A stretch of DNA of 64,000 bases, from the sequence record KT184314.1. One strand, 5' to 3'. How positions within the stretch are numbered: the first letter of the stretch is position 1; the number at the start of each line of letters is the position of its first letter. The stretch is from Enterobacteria phage KhF2. The position numbers were made by a program, and so were the translations under genes. The notes beneath the pieces are model-generated. The model made no database searches and was not told where the DNA came from. It saw only the letters and a list, made by a program, of their open reading frames with translations. Of the stretch, positions 44,577 through 52,945 are shown piece by piece.

Positions 44577-45303
44577 CCCCTTTTAACCAGCACTTCAGGT
44601 TATTAGCATCATAATTCAGTTTCGGGTATGAGGTTACATGGAACTGCTCACCATCATAGTAGACAATATCTGCAATCCATAGTCCATTCTCTTTACAGAA
44701 GTCTTTATCTGCTTTAGAGGTAATTGGATTAACTTCTACAAAACCATCTACACCCAAATCCTTTAAGCTACATACAATACCTTTGCAGATAACGCATGTG
44801 TCAGATACTACCACAAAAAGTTCTTGGCTTTCAAGTTCTACAATGTATTCACCAAGCTGAACTTTAGGGAGATTAGATTGCTTCATAATCTTCCCATCGG
44901 CTGCGCGAACAATTGCATACCACTCTTTACCATCAACTACTGACATTCTGATGATACACTCTTGACCAGTACGCTTCTCAATATCTGCAAGACGTTTTAA
45001 AGCTTCTTCATAGTCGTCTGTGTACTTCAGGTCATTATTATGGCAAACGGCTTCCATAGCGCCATTGTGGTCATGCTGTGACAGATAAATCAGACCGTCA
45101 AGAACATATTGCAAATCTGCCTGAGCATCCAGTGTCTCAATGGGGTCTTTCTCTTCAATTGCTTTTACAAGCTCTTTTGCTTCTTCAAGCATACATAGAG
45201 ATTGAGATTTCAAAGACTCCCAATACTCATCACTGTAAGGTTGCTTTTGAGTGTTTCCACAACGAAGATTCCAGTTTTTTACTGATTCTCTTGAGTTAAA
45301 CAT
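44548..45303 (-). CDS. hypothetical protein
   Basis: ORF track. Confidence 0.45.
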   Translation of the reverse strand: MFNSRESVKNWNLRCGNTQKQPYSDEYWESLKSQSLCMLEEAKELVKAIEEKDPIETLDAQADLQYVLDGLIYLSQHDHNGAMEAVCHNNDLKYTDDYEEALKRLADIEKRTGQECIIRMSVVDGKEWYAIVRAADGKIMKQSNLPKVQLGEYIVELESQELFVVVSDTCVICKGIVCSLKDLGVDGFVEVNPITSKADKDFCKENGLWIADIVYYDGEQFHVTSYPKLNYDANNLKCWLKGVGYNGFTEH

Positions 45304-45542
45304 TTGGACTCCTTAAAATATCTGTTAACCTTTAGCTCTCGTGTTTCAATATATTCCAGATGTTCACGTAGCTCTTGACGTTTAAGCATTAGGTGCTGCA
45401 TTTGAGATTCAACAGCTTCAACCTCTTTAATTATTGACTCTCTGGCATTTGCAAGAATGCGCTCAAGTTCTTCAATCTTGCTGTCAACTTTTGCTACATG
45501 ACTCACAGCTTTACTTTTGTTAAACATTTTATTCTCTCTCAA
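45279..45542 (-). CDS. hypothetical coiled-coil protein
   Basis: ORF track; heptad-like charged pattern. Confidence 0.4.
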   Translation of the reverse strand: MRENKMFNKSKAVSHVAKVDSKIEELERILANARESIIKEVEAVESQMQHLMLKRQELREHLEYIETRELKVNRYFKESKCLTQENQ

Positions 45543-45548
45543 TAGTTA

Positions 45549-46046
45549 TCAAGCACAGTTTGCTTTCATTACCTTATGGATTCTTTTTTCAGCATCTTCA
45601 TAAGTTTCTTTAGTAATAAACTTAATTGCTGCAATATTGGCATTGTAGAAGAGCCTGAGCTTCGAGTCAATCCTTTTTGTCATTACATCGAATTTATGTT
45701 GAAGGTTTGCTTCACCATAGACTAGACCACCTTTTGTGTAGTAGGTTTGAATAATGTAAAAATCAAAAGATTCTTTTCCAAAGCTTTCAATATCTTTTTT
45801 AATATACTCAGAAGAGGTTTCGTAAGTCATCCAATCACTCTCCTTAGTGACTACCTTCTTCCGAGTCTTCCCAGCAACTTTTCTTTTTGTCACACTGTTA
45901 AGCTGTTTCTTTCCGATATAATATTGTCCAGTCTTCTTACAGTGCACTAAATAGACAAAGCCAAAATGTTTAGTGGGGTCAACTTCCCCACATAAAGATA
46001 CCCAATGACCGTAGGTAGGGCAATTGCCAAATCCTTTAATCTTCAT
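45549..46046 (-). CDS. putative GIY-YIG endonuclease
   Basis: Motif FVYLVHCKKTGQYYIGKK resembles the GIY-x(10)-YIG signature. Confidence 0.4.
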   Translation of the reverse strand: MKIKGFGNCPTYGHWVSLCGEVDPTKHFGFVYLVHCKKTGQYYIGKKQLNSVTKRKVAGKTRKKVVTKESDWMTYETSSEYIKKDIESFGKESFDFYIIQTYYTKGGLVYGEANLQHKFDVMTKRIDSKLRLFYNANIAAIKFITKETYEDAEKRIHKVMKANCA

Positions 46047-47076
46047 TCATACACGGCTCCCAATTATATTTCTTGAAAGAGAAATTGTCTTTTGGATTTC
46101 TCTCTTGATATGCTATCCAGAAATGCTGTTCCATTAACTCTAATGGTGTTTTGGTAACAGTCTGTCCATCCCATGACACATAGGTATAAGAATCTTTTTT
46201 AGCATAAAGTTCATAGATAGCGTCAAGACACTCTTTGTAGGTCTCTTTACCCTCTAAAGCATTCATCACAGCTACTTTACCAGCACCTTTTAGGCCGAAG
46301 TAGTTGTCTGCATTATCTCCAGCAACAGCCTGATAGCACAAGAATTTAAAACCTACACCAACTGTTTTTGCAGCTTTTGGTTTTGATTTGATAGGACAAT
46401 CCCAGATATCACCAACATTATTGTCAGCAATAAAGATTAGTGGTGATTTTTCATAGGTCATATCAATGCAGTAAGTCCCTTCAGCTTGTCGAAGGTCTTT
46501 GTCAATGCTCATAAGAGCAGCTTTCTTACCCATCTTTTCAGCTTTAGCAATTACGATTGAATCGGCTTCGAAGCCACCCTTTAAGAGTTTGAATTCTGGT
46601 CTTGACAGAAGATACTCACGACAAGCAACTAAGTGTGTTGGTGTGACAGCATCTTTACGGTTACCTTGATATTGGTGCTCAAGACCTTTAATGTCTTTAT
46701 GTTTATGCACACCTTTCTCTGTTAAATAACCTACCCAAGTTCTCTCTTTACCAACAATCTTAAGCCATTCCTGAAGCACCTGTTGAGTAGCCATGATAGC
46801 TTCTTTTTCACTCTTAGCTTCTTTCCAAGTCTGTCTTTCCCATTCATCTTCATCAAATGCTAGGCCAAGCTCTTCTACAAGGATTCTCTGGTCTGCTAAC
46901 CATCTTGCAGCATCTTTTGCATTATCAAATGATTCAGATTCTTCTGCTGTGAGTTTATTAACGTATTTATATTTTGCTTTCTCAACTACACAAGCACCTT
47001 TATAGGCAATACTGTCAGAGTCAATAAAAACATGTGTAACTGAATCGGGAAGTTTTGTTAATGTGTACTTCTCCAT
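46036..47076 (-). CDS. putative 5'-3' exonuclease / flap endonuclease (PIN-like)
   Basis: N-terminal THVFIDSDSIAYKGA resembles the Pol I 5'-nuclease / FEN motif (LVDGSSLAYRA). Confidence 0.35.
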   Translation of the reverse strand: MEKYTLTKLPDSVTHVFIDSDSIAYKGACVVEKAKYKYVNKLTAEESESFDNAKDAARWLADQRILVEELGLAFDEDEWERQTWKEAKSEKEAIMATQQVLQEWLKIVGKERTWVGYLTEKGVHKHKDIKGLEHQYQGNRKDAVTPTHLVACREYLLSRPEFKLLKGGFEADSIVIAKAEKMGKKAALMSIDKDLRQAEGTYCIDMTYEKSPLIFIADNNVGDIWDCPIKSKPKAAKTVGVGFKFLCYQAVAGDNADNYFGLKGAGKVAVMNALEGKETYKECLDAIYELYAKKDSYTYVSWDGQTVTKTPLELMEQHFWIAYQERNPKDNFSFKKYNWEPCMNED

Positions 47077-47091
47077 TATGGCTCTCCATAT

Positions 47092-47120
47092 GAAAAAGCC
47101 CCATACTAAGTACAGGGCTT
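47092..47120 (-). terminator. rho-independent terminator
   Basis: Minus-strand AGCCCTGTACTTAGTATGGGGCT followed by TTTTTCATA. Confidence 0.55.
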
Positions 47121-47138
47121 TAAAGTAACTTTTAGAGA

Positions 47139-47996
47139 TTAGTCTTCTGTATCGAAGTCTTCATCTTCTTCGTCATCTGGGTCTGGCAAGTCTTCATCGT
47201 CACCATCATCAGAATCATTCGAAGGTTTGTGGTCTTTTGCGTCTTCTTCAGTGATTTCACCGTTATCTTCAACACCATCAAGACCAAGCATAGCCAGTTC
47301 GTCTTCATCCAGTTCAGGTTCACCGTTAGCACCGTTGCCACCAGTGTAAGGTACAAGAGTATCAATGATAAACTGTTCCTGAATAGGTTTTGTCAGAACA
47401 TTGTTCTCAAAAGTGTAGAAGTGAGTAGAAAGAATCACACTACCAAAAGAACCGTTACCGACTGCAATATCTGGATGAATTACATCATAGTTCTTGTCAT
47501 CTTCATGTTTATCAGATGCTTGAGCTTTGATTTTCTTCATCGGCTGTTTAACAGCTACACGTTTACCATTTACTTCTTCAATCAGCATTACAGGGAATGA
47601 CTGTTTAGCTGTCCACACAGCACCATCTTTATAAGCTGCTGCACGACTTACTTTCAAGATGTAGTAAGTGTCTGCTTCAAAAGGTGGTTTACAACCAAAC
47701 TTCTCTTCGAAGTCGTCTGCATCAACTGCTTCAGTAGTAACTTTATCCCATCCTTCTGGATTTTTCTTAGACTTAGTAAACTCTTTAAACAGTTTGTTAC
47801 CGTCTTCTGCCAGAATTGATACGCTGTAGTTACAATCTTTTCCTGGGAATTTCTTATCAATAGACTTACCTTTTCCCGGACGTGGTGAAGTATTCAGGTA
47901 ATAAAACCAGACATCTTTCAGCAGGTAACGCAGAGTTTGACGTTCAGTACCGTTGTACTTCTCTACCGGAGCTTTCATTTTAACAACTTTAGACAT
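47139..47996 (-). CDS. putative ssDNA-binding protein with acidic C-terminal tail
   Basis: 285 aa; last 45 residues almost entirely Asp/Glu, ending ...DEDFDTED (as in T7 gp2.5-type SSBs). Confidence 0.4.
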   Translation of the reverse strand: MSKVVKMKAPVEKYNGTERQTLRYLLKDVWFYYLNTSPRPGKGKSIDKKFPGKDCNYSVSILAEDGNKLFKEFTKSKKNPEGWDKVTTEAVDADDFEEKFGCKPPFEADTYYILKVSRAAAYKDGAVWTAKQSFPVMLIEEVNGKRVAVKQPMKKIKAQASDKHEDDKNYDVIHPDIAVGNGSFGSVILSTHFYTFENNVLTKPIQEQFIIDTLVPYTGGNGANGEPELDEDELAMLGLDGVEDNGEITEEDAKDHKPSNDSDDGDDEDLPDPDDEEDEDFDTED

Positions 47997-48069
47997 TATT
48001 TTAAACCTCTATCTCAATTTATGAAGAGTACCAATTCTAATTTGTTGATACTCTATTGTCAAACATTAA

Positions 48070-48219
48070 TTACTGGAAGTTGTGCTTATCTTTAGAAGCT
48101 GCTTTACGTGCAGTTTTTCCAGTTCTTACACGTTTTTCTTCATAGTATTTTGCTGGTTTTCCAACAGTGGCTTTTAAAGAGTCCCCAAAAACTTTTTCAA
48201 ATGCTTTAGAGTGTTTCAT
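48070..48219 (-). CDS. small basic protein (49 aa, below the ORF-track cutoff)
   Basis: Hand translation MKHSKAFEKVFGDSLKATVGKPAKYYEEKRVRTGKTARKAASKDKHNFQ; GGAGAA RBS. Confidence 0.35.
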   Translation of the reverse strand: MKHSKAFEKVFGDSLKATVGKPAKYYEEKRVRTGKTARKAASKDKHNFQ

Positions 48220-48509
48220 GATATTCTCCGATATACTTGATATTCAAACACATTTTCTTTCATTATAAACAGCCAACCAATATTATGTTCAGGTATAGTA
48301 ATAGTGACTGTGATAATACTGTGATGGAACTTTTCTTCTACCTCAACACCCCCATCACATTTCATGTAGAGCATTCTATAGAACCTATCAATCTTTGTCA
48401 AACACTCTTCCTGAAATTTATTTAAACTTTTTTCTTCAAAGAAGGGTGTGAACCCCTCTCTTTTATAACTATCACTCAGTTTCAAACGGGCAGTCATCTG
48501 CATCCTCAC
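48216..48509 (-). CDS. hypothetical protein
   Basis: ORF track; coupled to primase-helicase stop. Confidence 0.4.
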   Translation of the reverse strand: MRMQMTARLKLSDSYKREGFTPFFEEKSLNKFQEECLTKIDRFYRMLYMKCDGGVEVEEKFHHSIITVTITIPEHNIGWLFIMKENVFEYQVYRRIS

Positions 48510-50463
48510 TTAATACAGGTGGAATCGTTGAGCTTTGACGTTGTTCTTCAGTATAGACTTCACCAGTCTCACGGTCAAACACTTCATCCTCATAATGAGG
48601 CAAAGAGTCATCATAATGGTCTTCAGCTTCACCAATACCAAACTGTTGACGAATATTTTCTGCTGCGCCATCAATGTCAACACCACATCCAGAAGCTTTA
48701 ATAAGACGTCCTGTATCTGGATTATACCAAGTATGACCAGCAATACCTGTTGACTTACCATGACGACGACACTTAGTTAACTTGATTTTTGTCAAGTTTT
48801 TCTTAACTGGGTCTGGGTCAACCTTGTTACGCATTAACAGAATGTTATTCATAGAAATCTGAAAATACGCACCAGAACCTTTGATATCCTCTTCAGAGAT
48901 ATCTCCACCTTCAGAGTTAGCTTTCTGACCACCTGCACTCTTACGAACGTGACATACGTTTACCTGCGCATACTGGTAGCGTTTGCAACGACGCAATAGC
49001 TCAGACAAAACTTCTTCTTCATCCGTATCAGAACGTGACAGGGCTAACGTGATAGGGTCAAGAATGATAATCTTACAGTCTAAACTGTTAACAAGATAGT
49101 CAACAAACTCTAGCAGGTTATCTTGGTCAATTGCCCCTTGATGGTCAACGATATGGATACGACGGCCTTTAGATAGTTCTGCGTGTGCTCCTTTTAATTC
49201 ATCCCAATCCCGTTCATCATAAGGAATCTCAGAAATCTGCTTGCTCAGGTGGATTGCACAGAGCATCTCCATCAACTCTTCATAGGTATCTTCTACAGGA
49301 ATTACACCGATATTATAATCAGTTTCTTTCCAAGCTGAGTAAATCATCTCACGAGTGTAAGCTGACTTACCTACTGAAGATGGTGCTGCAATAGTTGTAA
49401 TCTCACCTAAACCGTAACCACCATAAGTCAGCCTGTTCAAATCTCCGAAAGATTCTGGGAAAGGAATCAATGGAATCTGACCACGATTCTTCATTGCCTC
49501 AAAACCATCTGCGAAGTTCTTGATACCAGCAGGGCAGTAACGGGGTGCATTGTAGATACGCTGCTTAAATCCTTCCAGAACTGTATCTTTTTCTTTATAG
49601 AACTTTGTCCACCATTCGTTAAGGTCTTTTACACCTTCTGGATACTGGAATAAACGAACCTTCTCAATAGGTAGGATACCAGCAGCCTCTTTAGTGGCTT
49701 TAGCACCTGCTTCATCGTTATCAAAGCACAAGTAAATCTCATCAAATGATGTAATGTACTGATAGTTATCCTTGATAGACTTGATGTTTGCACCTGATGG
49801 AACAGATACGTGACAGTAATTCTTACGACGAGATTTGTCCTTAATCGCAAGAGAAGTCATATAGATTGCTGTCGCACATTCCATCTCACCTTCCCAGATG
49901 AATAGACGGTTACCACCTTCTGGAGCAATCCATGAACCGAACATTGCCAGTTCACCTTTAATGTCTCCAACACCACCAGAAAAGTCTTTTAACTTACCTC
50001 GTAGGTGCTCTTTTGGATGGTCTTCTGGGTAACGGTGACGAACACGATATCCAACATGCTCTAGCTTGCCATCTTCATTGCGTTTGTAAGTTGGGTAGAA
50101 ATGCGCGTCAATTTCACCATCACTGTCAATGTCAACCTTGATACCCAAACGCTCAAGAACTTTTGCAGGAATCTTCCTGTCTTTCAAGTCCATCGCTTCA
50201 AGGTTTTCTTTCACATCGTCTAAATCCATTCCACGGAAAGTACGGTTTTTATTGTCTGAACCAGTAGAATAAGTGCTCACGATTTGTCCTTTATCAAAAT
50301 CCCACTCTGGGAAACCTTTGTTACAACTAAAGCAAGTCATTGAATAAGAACCATCGTCATGATGATAGATTGAACCAGCATCTGATGAACCACAACGTGG
50401 ACATGCGCAATGACCAACAAACTGACCAGCCTCTTTCAATTTACGACCTTTAGACATTAGCAC
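48472..50463 (-). CDS. bifunctional DNA primase-helicase (zinc-ribbon + TOPRIM + DnaB-like helicase)
   Basis: Zn ribbon CxxC (HCACPRCGSSD ... CFSCN), TOPRIM-like LCFDNDEAG, Walker A APSSVGKS; 663 aa. Confidence 0.75.
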   Translation of the reverse strand: MLMSKGRKLKEAGQFVGHCACPRCGSSDAGSIYHHDDGSYSMTCFSCNKGFPEWDFDKGQIVSTYSTGSDNKNRTFRGMDLDDVKENLEAMDLKDRKIPAKVLERLGIKVDIDSDGEIDAHFYPTYKRNEDGKLEHVGYRVRHRYPEDHPKEHLRGKLKDFSGGVGDIKGELAMFGSWIAPEGGNRLFIWEGEMECATAIYMTSLAIKDKSRRKNYCHVSVPSGANIKSIKDNYQYITSFDEIYLCFDNDEAGAKATKEAAGILPIEKVRLFQYPEGVKDLNEWWTKFYKEKDTVLEGFKQRIYNAPRYCPAGIKNFADGFEAMKNRGQIPLIPFPESFGDLNRLTYGGYGLGEITTIAAPSSVGKSAYTREMIYSAWKETDYNIGVIPVEDTYEELMEMLCAIHLSKQISEIPYDERDWDELKGAHAELSKGRRIHIVDHQGAIDQDNLLEFVDYLVNSLDCKIIILDPITLALSRSDTDEEEVLSELLRRCKRYQYAQVNVCHVRKSAGGQKANSEGGDISEEDIKGSGAYFQISMNNILLMRNKVDPDPVKKNLTKIKLTKCRRHGKSTGIAGHTWYNPDTGRLIKASGCGVDIDGAAENIRQQFGIGEAEDHYDDSLPHYEDEVFDRETGEVYTEEQRQSSTIPPVLSEDADDCPFETE

Positions 50464-50650
50464 CTCTTCGTTGTAGTTCTTCCTTCAATCCATTTTCAAT
50501 CTTGTCCAGTTCATGAATTTCATCTGCAATCTCTTTCCTTCGTGATTCAACTCTCTTAAGACGTTCAATCATTACCTCATTGGAAAGAGATGAGAGTTCC
50601 ACTAAACGGTGGTCAATAACTTTAAAATTGTCTTTTACTCTCATCTTCAT
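50450..50650 (-). CDS. hypothetical small protein
   Basis: ORF track. Confidence 0.4.
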   Translation of the reverse strand: MKMRVKDNFKVIDHRLVELSSLSNEVMIERLKRVESRRKEIADEIHELDKIENGLKEELQRRGANV

Positions 50651-50658
50651 TCTCTCTT

Positions 50659-51402
50659 TTAAACTTTAATGATGGCTCTTAGCTTGTTCTCAAGGTCTGC
50701 AAGAGTACCATTATTATGAATAATGTCACGCTCATATTTTGTAGAAATCCCATTTTCTGAAACATGTGATGAAACTTTGTCCACATTGTCTCTTTTTACT
50801 TCAATAGTTTGGTGTGCAAATCTACTCAGCCATTCAGCTTCAGAGTCAAATCTTAAATCACTGATTAAGACAAAACCATATTGGTTTCTAAGTGAGCACA
50901 TTTCATGGAATCTAACCATTCTTTTTTCAAGGTCTTTAGACCAGAACTTGTCGCCCATTACTTTACGGACAACTTCAGTACCCCAAACCTGTTGAATTTG
51001 TCTTGATGAGAATTTATACTTTTTACTAAACCCCAGACGTGTCAATAGAGTCGGTTTAGCAACCTTCTTAAGCTCCATGATTAATCGTCCGGTTAACTCT
51101 GACATAAGCTTGAAGTCCATATGGTAACGTTCATCTCTGAAGGTGAACTCCATAGCTTCCGTAACTTTAAACATCAGTTCAGAGTATGATAAGTCAAAAA
51201 CCTGTGGAGTCTCTTTAGTTTCACCGTACAGGTCATTCCAAGTCAAGTCAAATATCTTTGATGCAGATAGTTTAAGGTTGTCTGCAAAGGCCATTACAGC
51301 AACATTGTAGCCAAACTCATCCTCTAAGATGTTCTTCACAATAGAACATGAGGTGTCTTTTCCAGAACGTGCCTTTCCAGTAAATGCGATAATATTACTC
51401 AT
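50659..51402 (-). CDS. deoxynucleoside monophosphate kinase-like P-loop protein
   Basis: N-terminal IAFTGKARSGKDT resembles the T4 dNMP kinase P-loop. Confidence 0.55.
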   Translation of the reverse strand: MSNIIAFTGKARSGKDTSCSIVKNILEDEFGYNVAVMAFADNLKLSASKIFDLTWNDLYGETKETPQVFDLSYSELMFKVTEAMEFTFRDERYHMDFKLMSELTGRLIMELKKVAKPTLLTRLGFSKKYKFSSRQIQQVWGTEVVRKVMGDKFWSKDLEKRMVRFHEMCSLRNQYGFVLISDLRFDSEAEWLSRFAHQTIEVKRDNVDKVSSHVSENGISTKYERDIIHNNGTLADLENKLRAIIKV

Positions 51403-51463
51403 TTTATCTCCCTTAATTACTAAAAAGCCCCCAACTAAGGAGGCTTGTAAGATTTATAAAGAC

Positions 51464-52264
51464 TTAGTGCAGTTGCTCAGCAGACTCTTTTTCAGCCATA
51501 GCTGAGATTTGCTTCACAAAATCATCACCGAAGTTAATGCGTAGTTTCTCTTCAATGATTGAAGCACCAATGTTCACCAAAACATCATTGATTGCTTGCA
51601 TACTAACGCCACCAGTCATTTCCTCAATGAACTCAATACTCACACCCATCATCTGTGACAGTTGGATTAGTGCAACGATATTCATCATCGTAGAGATAGC
51701 TGGAATCATCAGTGCAACTTTCACCTGAAGTGGTTCAATGTCAGCTACAGAGTCATTTTCAACAGCTTCTTCCAAAGACTCTTTAGTTTGCTGGATAATC
51801 TCTTTGATTCGTGGGTTTAATTCTTCTACGCCCCAATCAAGTTTTTCATATCGTGAAAGTTTCTCTTCCATACGCTTCTCAAGAACAGCCATAACAGCAC
51901 TCGTTGATGAGATAAGCGTATCAATAATGAAATCAGTGTCCTTAGTCAGCAACAGTTCCTTATCTTCGTCTGACATCCTGATATAGTCATTCTTTTGCAT
52001 TTCATAAAAAATGAACTCAGCAAGTGCATCAACACCAACCGCAATAGATGCCAGAGCAAGTGTAGTGTCTGTTAACATCATGTTGACCTGTTCTGCAAAA
52101 GCACCGTTATCAGACTTGTCTTCAGGCAAGTTATAGCTTGCAGGCATAAACTGTTCTGTGTAGTTGTTACCACGAAGAATCATAGCCATGCTTTCTACGG
52201 CATTGATTAAGAATGCTTCATCAACACCTTTCTCTTCAAGCATCTTTTCTACATCGATATTCAT
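51464..52264 (-). CDS. hypothetical protein
   Basis: ORF track. Confidence 0.45.
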   Translation of the reverse strand: MNIDVEKMLEEKGVDEAFLINAVESMAMILRGNNYTEQFMPASYNLPEDKSDNGAFAEQVNMMLTDTTLALASIAVGVDALAEFIFYEMQKNDYIRMSDEDKELLLTKDTDFIIDTLISSTSAVMAVLEKRMEEKLSRYEKLDWGVEELNPRIKEIIQQTKESLEEAVENDSVADIEPLQVKVALMIPAISTMMNIVALIQLSQMMGVSIEFIEEMTGGVSMQAINDVLVNIGASIIEEKLRINFGDDFVKQISAMAEKESAEQLH

Positions 52265-52265
52265 A

Positions 52266-52688
52266 TTATTTCTCTCTCAGTTGGTTAAGTTTCTTTCTAG
52301 AACATTTTAAGTTTTCAGATGAAGAAAAGTCAAGTGTCTTTTCAGAACGTGGATAATAGTGCCTATCCCAAGAAGTTTCAACATCGTTAATCAGTGATGC
52401 TAGATTACACAGGTCTGTACCACTTTGCAACCTCTTTTTAAGAGAATCTAGTAAAGCAACTGTGTCTTTAGCTTTACGTCTCGCTGTAGCAACATCTTTC
52501 ATATGCTCAAATACAGAGCATTTTAAGTCATCTTCATAGTCTTCAGACAACTCTATTTCATGTTGTATATCAACCATTCTCCTGTGATGGTGAGCATATT
52601 CCCGTTGAGCAGCAATGTCAAGTTCTTCCAACTTCTGCAAAGCTCTAACAAAGTCAGCTATGTCTGGGTGAACAAACATTTTCTGCAT
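52266..52688 (-). CDS. hypothetical protein
   Basis: ORF track. Confidence 0.45.
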   Translation of the reverse strand: MQKMFVHPDIADFVRALQKLEELDIAAQREYAHHHRRMVDIQHEIELSEDYEDDLKCSVFEHMKDVATARRKAKDTVALLDSLKKRLQSGTDLCNLASLINDVETSWDRHYYPRSEKTLDFSSSENLKCSRKKLNQLREK

Positions 52689-52863
52689 GTAAGCCTCTTT
52701 TAAGTAGCTATTAAGTTTTAATCTTTTATCTTAACGTATTCTATACGTTATACTTTAAAGCTTTTTAAAAGCTATTAAATAATCTTTTAAGAATTTTAAA
52801 GTATCTGTATAGTTAAACTGTTAAGTAACCTTTTAAGTAAAAACCCACTTCGCAAAGATTAAC

Positions 52864-52888
52864 ACCTTGTCAAGTGCATTGTCAACTT
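52864..52888. promoter_or_regulatory. conserved operator/promoter-like motif ACCTTGTCAAGTGCATTGTCAAC in a divergent intergenic region
   Basis: Near-identical to 7093-7118 (ACCTTGTCAAGTACTTTGTCAAC); TATAAT box 10 bp downstream. Confidence 0.5.
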
Positions 52889-52945
52889 GCTTTTTATAAT
52901 TTTTTGCAGTAATGTATGAGGTTAATGATTTTAGAGGGAGTAAAA

